Shown here: piece after piece, positions 32,645-43,888 of the stretch
Position numbering within the stretch: the stretch's first letter is position 1
Layout of the letters: each line of letters starts with the position of its first letter
NCBI GenBank assembly: GCA_034669905.1
Contig: JAXMOL010000003.1
Location: forward strand, 160,001-224,000
DNA from: Candidatus Hydrogenedentota bacterium
GTDB taxonomy: Bacteria > Hydrogenedentota > Hydrogenedentia > Hydrogenedentales > JAEUWI01
Reading direction: 5' to 3'
Length of the DNA: 64,000 nucleotides
Translations under genes and position numbers: made by a program
The notes under the pieces: generated by a model
What the model was told of the DNA's origin: nothing
Database searches by the model: none
The model's input: the letters and a program-made list of their open reading frames with translations, nothing else

Positions 32645-33586
32645 ATGACCCTGCGAGACTTGGAATACTTTGTGGCCCTGGCGGAGACCTGCCATTTCGG
32701 GCAGGCTGCGGAACGCTGTCATGTGACCCAGCCCACGCTGAGCATGCAGATCGCGAAGCTGGAGAAGGAGTTGGGTGCGACGCTCTTCGAGCGGGACAAG
32801 CGGCGGGTGTCCTTGACAGACATGGGTCGGAAAATACTGGCCCGGGCGGGCTCGGTGCTGGATGGGATTGGCGAAATACGCGATATGGCCCGGGGGGAAA
32901 CGGGTGGCTTAACCGGGCCCCTCTATCTGGGTGTCATACCCACTATCGGGCCCTATCTCTTGCCCCACCTCCTGCCCGAGCTCAAGGCGGTCTGTCCGGA
33001 AGTGAAGCTCTATCTGCGGGAAGAGAAGACCCACCAGTTGGTGGAGCAACTGCAACATTCCACGCTGGATGCTGCCATCCTTTCGCTGCCCATTGAGGCG
33101 ACGGATTTGACTTGCTCCGTGTTCTTTCAGGAAGAGCTTGTCGCAGGCTTGCCGCGAGACCACCCCCTGGCCCGTAAGAAGCGGGTGGCCATGAAAGACC
33201 TGGCGAGCCACCCCATCTTGCTGCTGGAAGAGGGCAACTGCATGCGCGATCAGACCCTGAATCTTTGTCGAGAATCCCGGCCAGCGGACCCCGAGGGGTA
33301 TCGGGCGTCGAGCATCGAATCGTTGCGTCAAATGGTGAGTGCCGGAATGGGCTGCACGTTTCTGCCCCGCCTGAGTACCGTGGGGCCTTTCGCGTCGGCC
33401 TCGCCCATCGCCATCCGGCCGCTCCATTCTCCGACCCCTCGCCGGGACATTGCCCTGGTCTACCGCAAGACGTACCCTAAGGCCGCGAGTCTGGAAGAAC
33501 TTGCCGCCGCTCTGAAACGGCGGATGGAGCAGAGTCTCCTGCAGGTTTGTGAACTGAACGCGGGTGAGGGGACGGACCGCGGCTGA
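32645..33586 (+). CDS. oxyR: Hydrogen peroxide-responsive LysR regulator OxyR
   Basis: LysR HTH (HFGQAAERCHVTQPTLSMQI), redox Cys pair EEGNCMRDQTLNLC, divergent from katG. Confidence 0.93.
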   Translation: MTLRDLEYFVALAETCHFGQAAERCHVTQPTLSMQIAKLEKELGATLFERDKRRVSLTDMGRKILARAGSVLDGIGEIRDMARGETGGLTGPLYLGVIPTIGPYLLPHLLPELKAVCPEVKLYLREEKTHQLVEQLQHSTLDAAILSLPIEATDLTCSVFFQEELVAGLPRDHPLARKKRVAMKDLASHPILLLEEGNCMRDQTLNLCRESRPADPEGYRASSIESLRQMVSAGMGCTFLPRLSTVGPFASASPIAIRPLHSPTPRRDIALVYRKTYPKAASLEELAAALKRRMEQSLLQVCELNAGEGTDRG

Positions 33587-33607
33587 CAGAAACGATGGGC
33601 TGAAGCC

Positions 33608-33644
33608 AAAAAAAATGGGAAGCAAGGTGAGAACCCTGCTTCCC
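33608..33644 (-). terminator. Terminator between convergent oxyR and PEP-CTERM genes
   Basis: GGGAAGCA...TGCTTCCC stem preceded by an A8 run (U-tract on the minus strand). Confidence 0.6.
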
Positions 33645-33675
33645 GCGAGATAGTCTTCCTCTCAGGACGATACTT

Positions 33676-34299
33676 TTACGCGCTCATCTTCTTTCGTGCC
33701 CGGAAAGCCATGCCCGCGATACCCAGGCACAGGAGCGTCATGCTGGCAGGCTCGGGTATGGGCGCGGAGGAGGTGTCAAACCGAAGATCGTCAATGAGGT
33801 ATCCATCGCCGGCGATGGAAGTCATTTGCCTGATTTGTACGTGACTGATGCCCGCTAAGTTAACCGCAAGCAAATCAGCGAATCCGGTCCCGTCGACTCC
33901 CGGCCTGACCAGGGAATCGGAGCCTAAGGAAATTCCGCCACTATCAAAGGCTTCGAGAATCAGTCCATTGAATCCGATGTCGAGGCCCAGTAGAGAAACA
34001 TTCGAAACCGGCGCGACAAACCAGATGTCAATCAAGCTGGTAAAGCCTGGCTGACCACCCAACGCGTTTACCCCGGATTGCCCCGCAAGCCCGAACTGGA
34101 AGATTTCGGGAGCGCTGCTGACAGAATCAAAAAGGGCCACGCCGACGGAGGCGAATTGGGTGCTGATGGCCGTGCCGGCTGCGATCGCCCCACCACCGGG
34201 AAGTGTCTCAAAATCGATCAAGACTGCATTCGCCGTTTGACTTGAACCGAGGGCTAGTACGGCGACTGCCATCGATACGATTAGATGCTTCTTCTTCAT
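33676..34299 (-). CDS. PEP-CTERM sorting domain protein
   Basis: Signal peptide ending ANA; C-terminal IPEPASMTLLCLGIAGMAFRARKK. Confidence 0.92.
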   Translation of the reverse strand: MKKKHLIVSMAVAVLALGSSQTANAVLIDFETLPGGGAIAAGTAISTQFASVGVALFDSVSSAPEIFQFGLAGQSGVNALGGQPGFTSLIDIWFVAPVSNVSLLGLDIGFNGLILEAFDSGGISLGSDSLVRPGVDGTGFADLLAVNLAGISHVQIRQMTSIAGDGYLIDDLRFDTSSAPIPEPASMTLLCLGIAGMAFRARKKMSA

Positions 34300-34830
34300 T
34301 TTGTTCCCTTTCCTAACTCGTTCAACTGTCCAGGTTTGTGGCGTATCGGCGACACGGTCGTTGATACGTCAGTTGTGCCCCACTCTTATCAGGGAAATCC
34401 TGTCAGAAGGAGGGAATGGGCGGTATTGAAACCAATCCGCTAGCCGCGCGCCCACGTTATCCTGGTACAACGCGCCCCGAGAATCGACTTGTCCTGTTCC
34501 ACAACCGACCATCCCTTCGCAAGTTTCAGGCCATACGGCCTATGTGCTAAGCGTTGCCCCATGAATGTCGTTGGCAAGTGGTCTTCGCACAACAAGTTAA
34601 GGCATTTATCGCCGCATTGGGCCGCTTGATGGGAAATGACGTGGCGCGGGCAATTCACCGGTAAGCTGTGGGAGAGAACGGCATTTATACGTCACTACTG
34701 ACCAAACATTGCAGACTCCCTGGTCGAATGAACCAAGCCGGACTTTAACGTCGGAGCTGACGGTTCGTTTTCATTCGTACGGAAACTGGATATTCCCCAA
34801 CCTCACTCTTCCATTCATCGGCTATTGTGC

Positions 34831-35496
34831 TCACGGGTACTGTTCCGCGATGGTCTTGTTTTTCATCCGGTGACGACGAATGAAGTACCAATAGCACCCA
34901 CGAAGCTGCCAGAGCGGCAAGGACTTTACATGGTGTATCTGGCGTTGGATGGATTCGACGATCAGTACATCGGTCGTTTCCCACCGGTCCGCGATGGCGA
35001 CGTTTTTCTTCTGATTAAGATGAATAAGCGCCGCCTCATGCTGTTGAAAGAGCCTGTCTAAGTCGGTCATGCCCCCAAAGGCCTGCACGAAGTGTCCGGG
35101 TGCCGGAGGAAAGAGCACCGAATCGATGGTGTTGCTGGTGGTCAGGCCACGGTCTTTGTCGAGGAGGGTGACAAACTCGCTGACCATCGTGTTGTTCACG
35201 GAATAGCTGGAAAGAAAGGTTTTCTTGTAGTCATTTTTCCACACGGCCATGGTAATGGGGCCGGCACCGACCGCGCCGTGAAAGTCAGCCAGGAGGTCAG
35301 GGCGAAAGTCGTTGTCTTCCGCCCAGCGCGCACGGGTGGCGTAGTCGGCGCCGTTAACCAGCACGGACTCCCCATGCTGAATCACCTCCAGCAGCTCCGA
35401 GGCGTTCTCCAATTTTCGGATGGACAGTACCACGACCACATTGATAGCCGCACCGATGAAAACGAAGAAGAGTATCGCGTAGCTAATCATGGCCAC
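34831..35496 (-). CDS. Hypothetical membrane-anchored protein (paralog of 35549-36241)
   Basis: N-terminal TM helix. Shares GADYA.R..WA....F.PDLLAD, SEFVT.L....GLTTSN..DS.LFP..PGH.VQ.FG and YWYF.RR.RM.NK.IAE.YP with its neighbour. Confidence 0.8.
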   Translation of the reverse strand: MAMISYAILFFVFIGAAINVVVVLSIRKLENASELLEVIQHGESVLVNGADYATRARWAEDNDFRPDLLADFHGAVGAGPITMAVWKNDYKKTFLSSYSVNNTMVSEFVTLLDKDRGLTTSNTIDSVLFPPAPGHFVQAFGGMTDLDRLFQQHEAALIHLNQKKNVAIADRWETTDVLIVESIQRQIHHVKSLPLWQLRGCYWYFIRRHRMKNKTIAEQYP

Positions 35497-35548
35497 TTTC
35501 CTTACAGGACAAGGCTGCGGGCGTAACGACCTGCTGTCGGACGGGGAT

Positions 35549-36241
35549 TCACGGATACAACTCAGCGATAGACTTGTTGTTCATCCGGGGTCGCCGGAAG
35601 AAGTACCAATAGGCCCCTTTGTGTTTCCAGAGGGGGATGGACTGAATGTGTTCCATCGTGCGATGGACGGAGTCGGTGACGAGATCTATCGTCGATTTGC
35701 GGTGATCCTGTACTTCCAGGCCCTTGGCGTTGCGCAGGTGGAGGAGGCCCGCTTCGTGGTTTCGGAAGAGGGTGTCGAGGTCGGCGTCGCCAAATACCTG
35801 TACATAGTGGCCGGGTCTCTGGGGGAACAGGGCGGAATCAACGCTGTTGCTGGTCGTTAAACCGCTTTCCTGGCTCAATGTGGTGACAAACTCACTGTGT
35901 ACCTTGTCATTCGTGGTGTAGCTGGCGAGCCAGGAGTGGGTGTTGGGGTTTCTCCACAGGGCGACCACCATGGTTGAGCCGTCCGCCGTGGCGTTCACGT
36001 CGGCCAGAAGGTCGGGTTCGAAACCGTGGGCCGTCGCCCAGGCCATACGGCTGGCGTAGTCCGCCCCCTCCGCGATGACCGCCGTGCCATTCTCGACCAA
36101 CTCCAGGAAGGGGTCGGCGGCCACGATGAGTTCGATGGATTGGACCACGGCACCGTTGATGAGCCGTGCAAGCAGCAGTACAACTCCCAGAACGCCCAGG
36201 ACGGCGAGTCCAACGAGGATATAAATGATATAAGCCAGCAT
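35549..36241 (-). CDS. Hypothetical membrane-anchored protein (paralog of 34831-35496)
   Basis: GGAGG RBS before ATG 36241; TM helix; full-length similarity to the downstream gene. Confidence 0.8.
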   Translation of the reverse strand: MLAYIIYILVGLAVLGVLGVVLLLARLINGAVVQSIELIVAADPFLELVENGTAVIAEGADYASRMAWATAHGFEPDLLADVNATADGSTMVVALWRNPNTHSWLASYTTNDKVHSEFVTTLSQESGLTTSNSVDSALFPQRPGHYVQVFGDADLDTLFRNHEAGLLHLRNAKGLEVQDHRKSTIDLVTDSVHRTMEHIQSIPLWKHKGAYWYFFRRPRMNNKSIAELYP

Positions 36242-36351
36242 GAAAGAATTACCTCCCGTAGGGTGTGGCATCGAATCCGAAAGGATACCTGTTACAGCGC
36301 ACCACGCTACCAAAGCAGTAGCACGAGGGTCAACCGGGTGGCGTTTCGATT

Positions 36352-36696
36352 CTACGCGCGAAAGGCCACCGTGAAGTCATCGTCCTGAACGGTACACATC
36401 AAGCGGGGATGGCACTTGTAGTGCTGCCAGAGCGTGCCGACCGCCTGCTCCCCGTGAAGAAAGCAGCGCCCGAGATACATGCCCTCTTTGGGGTGGGTCG
36501 TAAACTTTACAAAATAACAGTCGTCTCGTTCGGACAGCTCGTAGAGTGCTCCGGCAAGAAATTCGACGTCGGTCGCAACGAAGCACAGTTTCTTGTTGGA
36601 GTACTCCCCGCCTTCACGCCGCCCCTTTCCGTGGCGAAACAAGAAGACACCATTGGGCGTGGGGGTAAATTCGGGAAACGTGGTCGTGGATTCCAT
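36352..36696 (-). CDS. Hypothetical protein
   Basis: 114-aa ORF with AAAGG RBS and genome-like codon usage. No family recognised. Confidence 0.65.
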   Translation of the reverse strand: MESTTTFPEFTPTPNGVFLFRHGKGRREGGEYSNKKLCFVATDVEFLAGALYELSERDDCYFVKFTTHPKEGMYLGRCFLHGEQAVGTLWQHYKCHPRLMCTVQDDDFTVAFRA

Positions 36697-36850
36697 GGTC
36701 TACCTTTCGGTGTGAGCCCCCCAGGTCCGCTCCCTTCAGTGTATCAAAATGGTTCCCACAACCGATTGTCATACGATGGGGTGGAGGTTGTAGACTAGGG
36801 GAGAGGCCGAAATGGGTCGTTCGGCGTGAATTCAGGAGCAGTATGTTTTT

Positions 36851-39800
36851 ATGAAGTGCTTACACTTGCGTACGTTGAAGTCCCGATGTCTGCCTGCCTT
36901 GGTACTTTCCATATCGACACTGGTTGGCGCGCCGTTGGTCTGGGGTCAGGCGGAAGACGTGCCTACCTACAATCAGGACATTCGCCCCATTCTCTCGAAG
37001 AATTGTTTCACCTGCCACGGTCCCGATTCGGCGGCGCGCAAAGCCGAGTTGCGTCTCGACGTGCGGGAAGAGGCGGTGGCGGCCGAAGCTATCGTGCCGG
37101 GAGACGCCATGGCCAGCGCCCTGGTGGCCCGCATATTGGCGGATGATCCCGATGATGTCATGCCACCGCCTGCGACGAAGCTGTCGCTCACGGAGAAACA
37201 AAAGGCGACGCTGCAACGTTGGATCGATGCCGGTGCGCCCTATGAAAAACACTGGGCCTTTATTCCGCCCGAAGCGCCGGAGATTCCCGCGCTTTCGGAC
37301 GTCCCTTCGCCGATTGACGCCCTGGTGCGCGACCGGCTGGCTCGACTGGGCCTGAGTCCCAACGCCGAAGCCTCCAAAGAGACCCTCATCCGCCGGGTGG
37401 CCTTCGACCTTACCGGACTTCCCCCGACCCTGGAAGAGATTGATGGGTTCCTGGCGGATGCCTCGCCGAATGCGTACGCGGCCATGGTGGAACGCTACCT
37501 GGCGCGTCCAGCCTATGGCGAACACATGGCGGGACTCTGGCTCGATGTGGCGCGCTATGCGGATACCTACGGCTACCAGAACGACCGGGAAAGCAATCTG
37601 TGGCCCTGGCGCGATTGGGTTATTGATGCCTTCAACGCCAACATGCCCTATGACCAATTTGTCACCGAGCAGGTGGCGGGGGACCTGTTGCCCGGCGCGA
37701 CCCAGTCGCAGCGACTTGCCACGGCCTTTAACCGGCTGCACCGTCAGACCAACGAAGGGGGCAGTATCGATGAAGAGTTTCGGGTGGCCTATGTGGCCGA
37801 CCGCTCGGAAACCTTCAGCACCGCCTTCCTGGGTTTGACGATGAGTTGCGCCCGGTGCCACGACCACAAGTTTGACCCCCTGTCGCAAAAGAACTACTTC
37901 CAGCTCTTCGCCTTTTTCGATAGCATCGATGAGTCGGGAATGTACTCCCACTTTACCAACGCCGTGCCCTCGCCGAGCATGTTCCTCTATCGCAACGACG
38001 AGGAGGAACGGCACAAGGCTCTGCGGGCCGCGATCCTGGAAGCAGACGAAGCCTTGGAACAGACGGAGACGGCCGCCGCCGACCGTTTTGCCGCATGGCG
38101 TGATGACGGCGAGCGGGCCATACCGGTGCCCACGCCCGTCGTTTCCCTTTCCTTCGAGGCCATCGAGGAAGGCAAGACCCCCGATGAGACCGCCGAGCGG
38201 AGCGCTACCTTGACCCGCAGTCCCGCACAGGTGACCGGACCCGTGGGACAGGCCCTGCAGTTTGATGGGGATGATGGGGTGTCGCTGCAAGACAAGGCAG
38301 CGGGATTTGACCGGTATCAACCCGTTTCCTTTGGTATCTGGGTGCGCAGTCCCAAGCAAGCGCCCCGTCAGGTACTGTTCCATCGCAGCAAGGCCGCCGA
38401 AGATGCCGCCAGCCGAGGCTATGAACTCTTGCTGTTGGAGGGGAAGCCCACCTTCAGCCTGTGCCACTTCTGGCCGGGCAATGCCATTCGCGTGCAGGCC
38501 ACCGAGTCCCTGCCACTGGATACGTGGACCCATCTCGCGGTGACCTACGATGGTAGTTCCCATGCCGACGGAGTAACCCTTTATGTGAACGGGAAGGTGG
38601 TCTCGACGGAAGTCGTTCGGGATGGTCTGACGAAGACGATCCTCTACGAAGGCGAAGAAGATACCCCGGTCCAGTTGGCCATGCGTTTTCGGGACAACGG
38701 GTTCAAGGGGGGGCGTCTCGACGAGTTTGTTATCTATGACCGCTGCCTCACGTCTCTCGAAGTCGCCTCCGTGGCGGGGCAGGGCAACCTGGTCGCCGCA
38801 GTGGAGCAGCGTATTGCGACGGGTGAAGATGATGGGGCGCTGCGGGATTACTATGCCCGCGTGGTAGACGAACCCCTCCAGGCCGCTCATGCCGGGCTGA
38901 CGAAGGCGCGGGAGGAGGAGGCGAAGTTTGCCGGGTCCCTTCAGAGCGTCATGGTCATGGAGGAAATGGAAGGGGGGCGGACGGCCTATCTGCTGGAGCG
39001 CGGTGAGTACAATCACCGTGGTGCGGAAGTGGGCCCCGGGACGCCGGAAAGCATCCTGCCCATGCCCGACGATCTGCCACAGAATCGGCTGGGCCTCGCC
39101 CAGTGGTTGGTTCATCCCAAAAATCCCCTGACCGCCCGGGTCGCAGTCAACCGACTCTGGCAGCAGTGCTTTGGCCGGGGTATCGTGAAGACCCAGGAAG
39201 ACTTTGGCACCCAGGGTGCCTTGCCCAGCAATCCCGCCCTCCTCGATTATCTGGCTACCCGTTTCATGGATTCAGGGTGGGATATGAAGGCCCTACTCCG
39301 GGAGATTGTGGTTTCGGATACCTATAAGCAGGCCTCGGAAACCACGCCCGAATTGCTGGAGCGGGATCCCGACAATGCGCTGCTCGCCCGTGGTCCCCGG
39401 ATGCGGCTGCGCGCCGAAGAGATTCGTGACAACGCCCTGGCGAGCGCGGGGATTCTGGTGCCCCAGGTGGGCGGGCCCAGCGTAAAACCCTATCAACCCG
39501 AAGGTCTCTGGAAAGAGTCCAGTGGCCAGGTGTATACGCCGAGTGAAGGCGAGGGGCTTTATCGCCGCAGTCTCTACACCTTTATCAAACGGACCGTGCC
39601 GCCGCCCTCCATGTTGAACTTTAATGCCACCAGCCGGGAAGTGTGCCTGGTGCGACGCGAATCCACCGTCACGCCCCTGCAGGCCCTGGTGCTCTTGAAC
39701 GACCCACAATATGTGGAGGCGGCCCGCATGCTCGCAGCCTCCACGCTACCCGAAGGCGATGGGGGAGATGAAGCTTGGGTCACCACCATGTTCCGCCGAC

Positions 39801-40018
39801 TTACGGGACGGAATCCCGATGGCGCGGAGAAAGAAATCTTGCAGGGTGCCCTGCAGGCCCAGCGCGAAGAATTCGCGCGTGACCCCGAAGGGGCGACCGC
39901 CTACCTGAGCATCGGTGCGCAGCCCATTCCAGAGGGTGTCGATGCGCCCCAACTGGCCGCGGGCACGGCACTGGCCCAGGCCATCATGAACTTTGAGGAG
40001 TTTCAGGTAAAACAATGA
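36851..40018 (+). CDS. Cytochrome c / DUF1549 / LamG-like / DUF1553 protein
   Basis: [22 protein letters not shown]...[11 protein letters not shown]...LYVNG...LDEFVIYDR (LamG/ConA-like), [23 protein letters not shown]. Confidence 0.92.
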   Translation: MKCLHLRTLKSRCLPALVLSISTLVGAPLVWGQAEDVPTYNQDIRPILSKNCFTCHGPDSAARKAELRLDVREEAVAAEAIVPGDAMASALVARILADDPDDVMPPPATKLSLTEKQKATLQRWIDAGAPYEKHWAFIPPEAPEIPALSDVPSPIDALVRDRLARLGLSPNAEASKETLIRRVAFDLTGLPPTLEEIDGFLADASPNAYAAMVERYLARPAYGEHMAGLWLDVARYADTYGYQNDRESNLWPWRDWVIDAFNANMPYDQFVTEQVAGDLLPGATQSQRLATAFNRLHRQTNEGGSIDEEFRVAYVADRSETFSTAFLGLTMSCARCHDHKFDPLSQKNYFQLFAFFDSIDESGMYSHFTNAVPSPSMFLYRNDEEERHKALRAAILEADEALEQTETAAADRFAAWRDDGERAIPVPTPVVSLSFEAIEEGKTPDETAERSATLTRSPAQVTGPVGQALQFDGDDGVSLQDKAAGFDRYQPVSFGIWVRSPKQAPRQVLFHRSKAAEDAASRGYELLLLEGKPTFSLCHFWPGNAIRVQATESLPLDTWTHLAVTYDGSSHADGVTLYVNGKVVSTEVVRDGLTKTILYEGEEDTPVQLAMRFRDNGFKGGRLDEFVIYDRCLTSLEVASVAGQGNLVAAVEQRIATGEDDGALRDYYARVVDEPLQAAHAGLTKAREEEAKFAGSLQSVMVMEEMEGGRTAYLLERGEYNHRGAEVGPGTPESILPMPDDLPQNRLGLAQWLVHPKNPLTARVAVNRLWQQCFGRGIVKTQEDFGTQGALPSNPALLDYLATRFMDSGWDMKALLREIVVSDTYKQASETTPELLERDPDNALLARGPRMRLRAEEIRDNALASAGILVPQVGGPSVKPYQPEGLWKESSGQVYTPSEGEGLYRRSLYTFIKRTVPPPSMLNFNATSREVCLVRRESTVTPLQALVLLNDPQYVEAARMLAASTLPEGDGGDEAWVTTMFRRLTGRNPDGAEKEILQGALQAQREEFARDPEGATAYLSIGAQPIPEGVDAPQLAAGTALAQAIMNFEEFQVKQ

Positions 40019-41475
40019 GACACATCACGCCAGAATGCACCGGCTCCCTCCCCCTGTTGGGTATGACGCGCCGCGAATGTTTGTCGAAAGTGGGCATGGG
40101 CCTCGGCGCTGTCGCCCTGGGTCAATTGCTGAATCCCCAATCTGCCCACGCTGGCTCGGCGAAGGAAGCCGGGTTCGCTGCGCCTCATTTTGCGCCCAAG
40201 GCCAAGCGGGTCATCTACCTTTTTCAGAGTGGTGGTCCCTCGCAGTTGGAGACCTTCGACTACAAGCCCACCCTCGTACAACGCAACGGCGAAGAGCTAC
40301 CCGATTCGGTGCGCGGCGAGCAACGGCTTACCGGCATGTCGGCCAACCAGGCCTCCCTGCCCATGGCGGGGTCCATCTTCAATTTCGCCCAGCACGGGGA
40401 AAGTGGTGCCTGGATCAGCGAGTTGCTGCCCCACACCGCCAAGGTGGCCGACGAACTCTGTTTCATCAAGTCCATGTACACCGAGGCCATCAACCACGAC
40501 CCGGCCATCACCTTTCTGCAGACCGGTTCCCAGTTATCGGGTCGTCCGAGTATCGGTTCCTGGCTGAGCTATGGGCTTGGTTCGGAAAATGAAAACCTGC
40601 CCGCCTTTGTGGTGTTGGTGACCAAAGACCAAGGCGGACAGCCCCTCTATGCCCGGCTCTGGGGTAGTGGGTTCTTGCCGGCGGACCACCAGGGCGTGCG
40701 CTTTCGCTCGGGTAAAGACGCGGTGCTCTATCTGGAAAATCCCGACGGGGTGAGCCGTGGCAGCCGCCGGAAACTGTTGGACAGTCTTCAGGCGCTCCAC
40801 GAGCACAAGCAGGCCCAGCACAGCGACCCCGCCCTGGAAGCGCGCATTTCCCAGTATGAAATGGCCTTCCGCATGCAACAGTCCGTGCCGGAAGTGACCG
40901 ACCTTTCCGGGGAGCCGGAGCACGTCCTCGACCTCTATGGAGAGGATGTGAAAAAGCCGGGGAGCTATGCGGCGAATTGCCTGCTGGCCCGGCGTTTGGC
41001 CGAGCAGGGCGTGCGTTTTATCCAGCTCTACCACCAGGGCTGGGACCACCACGGAAACATCCCCAGCGGCATGAAGGATATGACCCAGAAGACGGATCAG
41101 GGATCGGCGGCCTTGATTACGGACCTGAAACAGCGGGGTATGCTGGAAGACACGCTGGTCATTTGGGGCGGCGAATTCGGGCGGACGAATTATTCTCAGG
41201 GGCAGCTTACGGCGACGAACTATGGCCGCGATCACCATCCCCGGTGTTTCAGCATGTGGATGGCTGGCGGCGGCGTCAAACCGGGATTCACCTACGGCGC
41301 CACGGATGAGTTTGGCTACAACATTGCGGAGAACGGGGTACACGTCCATGACTTCCACGCGACGTTGCTGCACCTCATGGGCATCGACCACGAACGCTTG
41401 ACCTACGACTTTCAGGGCCGGGCCTTTCGGTTGACGGATGTCTTTGGGAATGTGGTGGAGGATGTCTTGGCGTAG
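40015..41475 (+). CDS. DUF1501 domain protein
   Basis: ATGA overlap with the upstream gene; [41 protein letters not shown]. Confidence 0.93.
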   Translation: MRHITPECTGSLPLLGMTRRECLSKVGMGLGAVALGQLLNPQSAHAGSAKEAGFAAPHFAPKAKRVIYLFQSGGPSQLETFDYKPTLVQRNGEELPDSVRGEQRLTGMSANQASLPMAGSIFNFAQHGESGAWISELLPHTAKVADELCFIKSMYTEAINHDPAITFLQTGSQLSGRPSIGSWLSYGLGSENENLPAFVVLVTKDQGGQPLYARLWGSGFLPADHQGVRFRSGKDAVLYLENPDGVSRGSRRKLLDSLQALHEHKQAQHSDPALEARISQYEMAFRMQQSVPEVTDLSGEPEHVLDLYGEDVKKPGSYAANCLLARRLAEQGVRFIQLYHQGWDHHGNIPSGMKDMTQKTDQGSAALITDLKQRGMLEDTLVIWGGEFGRTNYSQGQLTATNYGRDHHPRCFSMWMAGGGVKPGFTYGATDEFGYNIAENGVHVHDFHATLLHLMGIDHERLTYDFQGRAFRLTDVFGNVVEDVLA

Positions 41476-41495
41476 GGGGGGAAGAGGAGAGGGGG

Positions 41496-41907
41496 CTACC
41501 TCGGAAGACACAGAAATACACGGAAGAGGGAAATAGGGTGGCGGGCAGTTCAAGGTGTGTCCTCGCCGAGTATCGTCATTCCCGATGCCCATTGGGAAAA
41601 TGCTGTTTTTGAGGCCCAGAACAATCCGGGTGCGCAACCGTTCCTCTCTTGATAGGAAGCACTTTTCGCTCGTTACGCCGGTCCTCCGGTGTGACGCACT
41701 ACCCTTCCGGTCCCCCGGAAGCAAGGGGCCCGTCAAGCCAACACGTCCGCTCTGCGCCCTTCGGTATCTCCACATCGTGGCTTTCGCCTCCGGCGTGTCG
41801 CCGCCCGCCTACGGCGCGTCTACGACTTGCGGCAAGGCAGGCACTCCCACGGAGGACCGTGTGAACGAGAAATGTTTTTCCGTGTAATTCCGTGTCTTCC
41901 GTGGTAG
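41496..41907. repeat. Inverted pair of 30-bp triple-CACGGAA motifs enclosing a non-coding element
   Basis: 41496-41525 versus 41878-41907: 27/30 inverted match. Internal 41677-41722 recurs inverted at about 53980-54025. Confidence 0.85.
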
Positions 41908-41995
41908 AGAATGTTTTATGCAGTCATGAAATAGTCTATCAACAATCAACGGGAGGTTGCGGCAGTTCGGGCAACACAACAGGAGGGCGTTTGTG

Positions 41996-42373
41996 ATGGA
42001 AACACTGTTGTATGGGGAAGAGACCTACGCGATTCGAGGGGCCTGTTTTGAAGTCTATAAGGAAGAGGGCTCGGGGTATCTGGAAGGGGTTTACCAGGAA
42101 TGCCTCGAAATAGAATTCGAACTGCAGGGCATTCCTTTTGTGTCCCAGCCGGATTTGCAGCTCCACTACAAGGGCCGGGCACTCCAGAAAAAGTACATTC
42201 CGGATTTTGTGCTCCACGATAAGATCATCGTCGAATTGAAAGCGGTGAGTCATGTGACGGATCAGCACAAGGCCCAGGTGCTGCACTATCTGAAGGCGAC
42301 GGGTTATCGGGTGGGGCTGCTCGTCAATTTCGGACACCATCCCAAGGTCGAAATAGAGCGCTTCGCGCTGTAG
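41996..42373 (+). CDS. GxxExxY protein (PD-(D/E)XK nuclease fold)
   Basis: GSGYLEGVYQECL, YIPDFVLHDKIIVELKA, HKAQVLHYLKATG..VGLLVNFG. AGGAGG RBS. Confidence 0.95.
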   Translation: METLLYGEETYAIRGACFEVYKEEGSGYLEGVYQECLEIEFELQGIPFVSQPDLQLHYKGRALQKKYIPDFVLHDKIIVELKAVSHVTDQHKAQVLHYLKATGYRVGLLVNFGHHPKVEIERFAL

Positions 42374-42377
42374 AGAT

Positions 42378-42589
42378 CTACCACGGAAGGCACGGAAATT
42401 CACGGAAAGGGGAACAAGCGCGTGGACGGATGCTGTCTTTCGTATCCGAAAGTGGGCTGATGGACACCCGATCCCGGTTTAAAATGGGGCCTTCACCTTA
42501 AAGAGTTTTCCGCCATCCTGAATCGTTAGAATGGTGCAAAAGGGAAGAGAAGAATTCTTTTCCGTGTAACTCCGTGTCTTCCGTGGTAG
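42378..42589. repeat. Second inverted pair of 30-bp triple-CACGGAA motifs
   Basis: 42378-42407 versus 42560-42589: 26/30 inverted match. Begins 4 bp after the GxxExxY stop. Confidence 0.85.
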
Positions 42590-42598
42590 TAATTATCT

Positions 42599-43651
42599 TT
42601 ACCCGACGCGCTTAAAGCCCCCGTCGCTCACTTCCACCGTAATCGCTGCCGGAACATCAATCCCCACCAGGGCAGCCGGTCGTGTCGATGCCATGGTCCA
42701 GGCTTCGTCGAAGTCCGCATCGGTGTGCTGGGTGGTGTAGATGACCCCCATGTCCATCGTCAACGCCGAGCCCGCGAGACCGGCATGGCCCACCTTCGTG
42801 CAACGCAGCGTTTCCGACACTTCCACTTCAAAATCGCCCAGGGTGTAACGTCCCGGACCGCAGTCCGCCGCGTTGATGGCATCCGAGACGAGCACGGTCT
42901 TCTCAAAGCGCTTGGCGCGAATGAAATTCTTCAGCGTGTAAAAAGGCACATGGTGTCCATCGGCAATAAAGCTCGCGTAGAGGCCGTCTTCCGAAAGCTG
43001 GGCCTGGATGTAGTTGTCCATGCGCGGCAGGGTCTGGTGCGAGCCATTGCCCAGGTGGGTGGACATCTTGAGGCCCGCTTCCACGCCCGCGCGGATGTCG
43101 GCTGCCGTGGCGTTGGTGTGGCCGGCCGATGCTACGATGTCGTTCTCCGTGCACCAGGCAATGAGTTCCAGGGCACCGGGGAGTTCGGGTGCCAGGGTGA
43201 CAATGCCTAGACGTCCGCCGGAGGCTTCCTGGAGGCGCTTCATGAGCTCGGGCTGGTCTGCCGGGTTGCACGCGTGCTCCAGCGGGTGGGCACCACGGGG
43301 TCCTTCGACGGAAGAAATAAAGGGCCCTTCGACGTGGAGCTTGGGGAAGGCGGCGGCGAGTTCGGCGTCGCTCTCCACAAGTTTCGCGTAGGCGCGGCAA
43401 TTGGCTTCCAGCCGTTCCGGCGACGCGGTGATATAAGTCGGCAGAGAAACCATGACACCCCGGGCCGCCATCTTTTCGCGGACCCTATGGAAGGTTTCGG
43501 CGTTGAAGACATCGTCGGAGCCATTGAAATCGATGCCCGCGTAGCCGTTTACCTGGAGGTCAACGAGGCCGGGGCCGGTGTAGGTGGTGGGGAGGGAAGA
43601 AGCAGTCACAACGCGTATCCTGGAAGGTTTTGATTTACTGATTTGACGCAA
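42599..43651 (-). CDS. nagA: N-acetylglucosamine-6-phosphate deacetylase
   Basis: PGLVDLQVNGYAG, HVEGPFIS..GAH, VTLAPE, GHT, THLGN, IADGHH, LAGSALTM. Start uncertain. Confidence 0.85.
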   Translation of the reverse strand: MRQISKSKPSRIRVVTASSLPTTYTGPGLVDLQVNGYAGIDFNGSDDVFNAETFHRVREKMAARGVMVSLPTYITASPERLEANCRAYAKLVESDAELAAAFPKLHVEGPFISSVEGPRGAHPLEHACNPADQPELMKRLQEASGGRLGIVTLAPELPGALELIAWCTENDIVASAGHTNATAADIRAGVEAGLKMSTHLGNGSHQTLPRMDNYIQAQLSEDGLYASFIADGHHVPFYTLKNFIRAKRFEKTVLVSDAINAADCGPGRYTLGDFEVEVSETLRCTKVGHAGLAGSALTMDMGVIYTTQHTDADFDEAWTMASTRPAALVGIDVPAAITVEVSDGGFKRVG

Positions 43652-43691
43652 CGATTAGGGGATTCATCGGGCTTACGTAGGGAATCCTACG

Positions 43692-43774
43692 ATTCCCCTC
43701 CCGGGAGGGGTTAGGGGTGGGTTTGCGCCGGTCTTCGCGACGTGACCCACCCCCAGCCCCTCCAAGGAGGGGAG
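43692..43774. repeat. REP-like inverted dimer
   Basis: TTCCCCTCCCGGGAGGGGTTAGGGGTGGGT paired with ACCCACCCCCAGCCCCTCCAAGGAGGGGA. Confidence 0.7.
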
Positions 43775-43888
43775 TATTCATGGAAAAGGCCAGGCATTCC
43801 GGGTAGCGCTATCGCTGCCGATAGAGCAACGCGGTCCTGGTTGACCGCTTACCGAAATGTCCGACCTTCCCGCATTTACCTGAACTAC

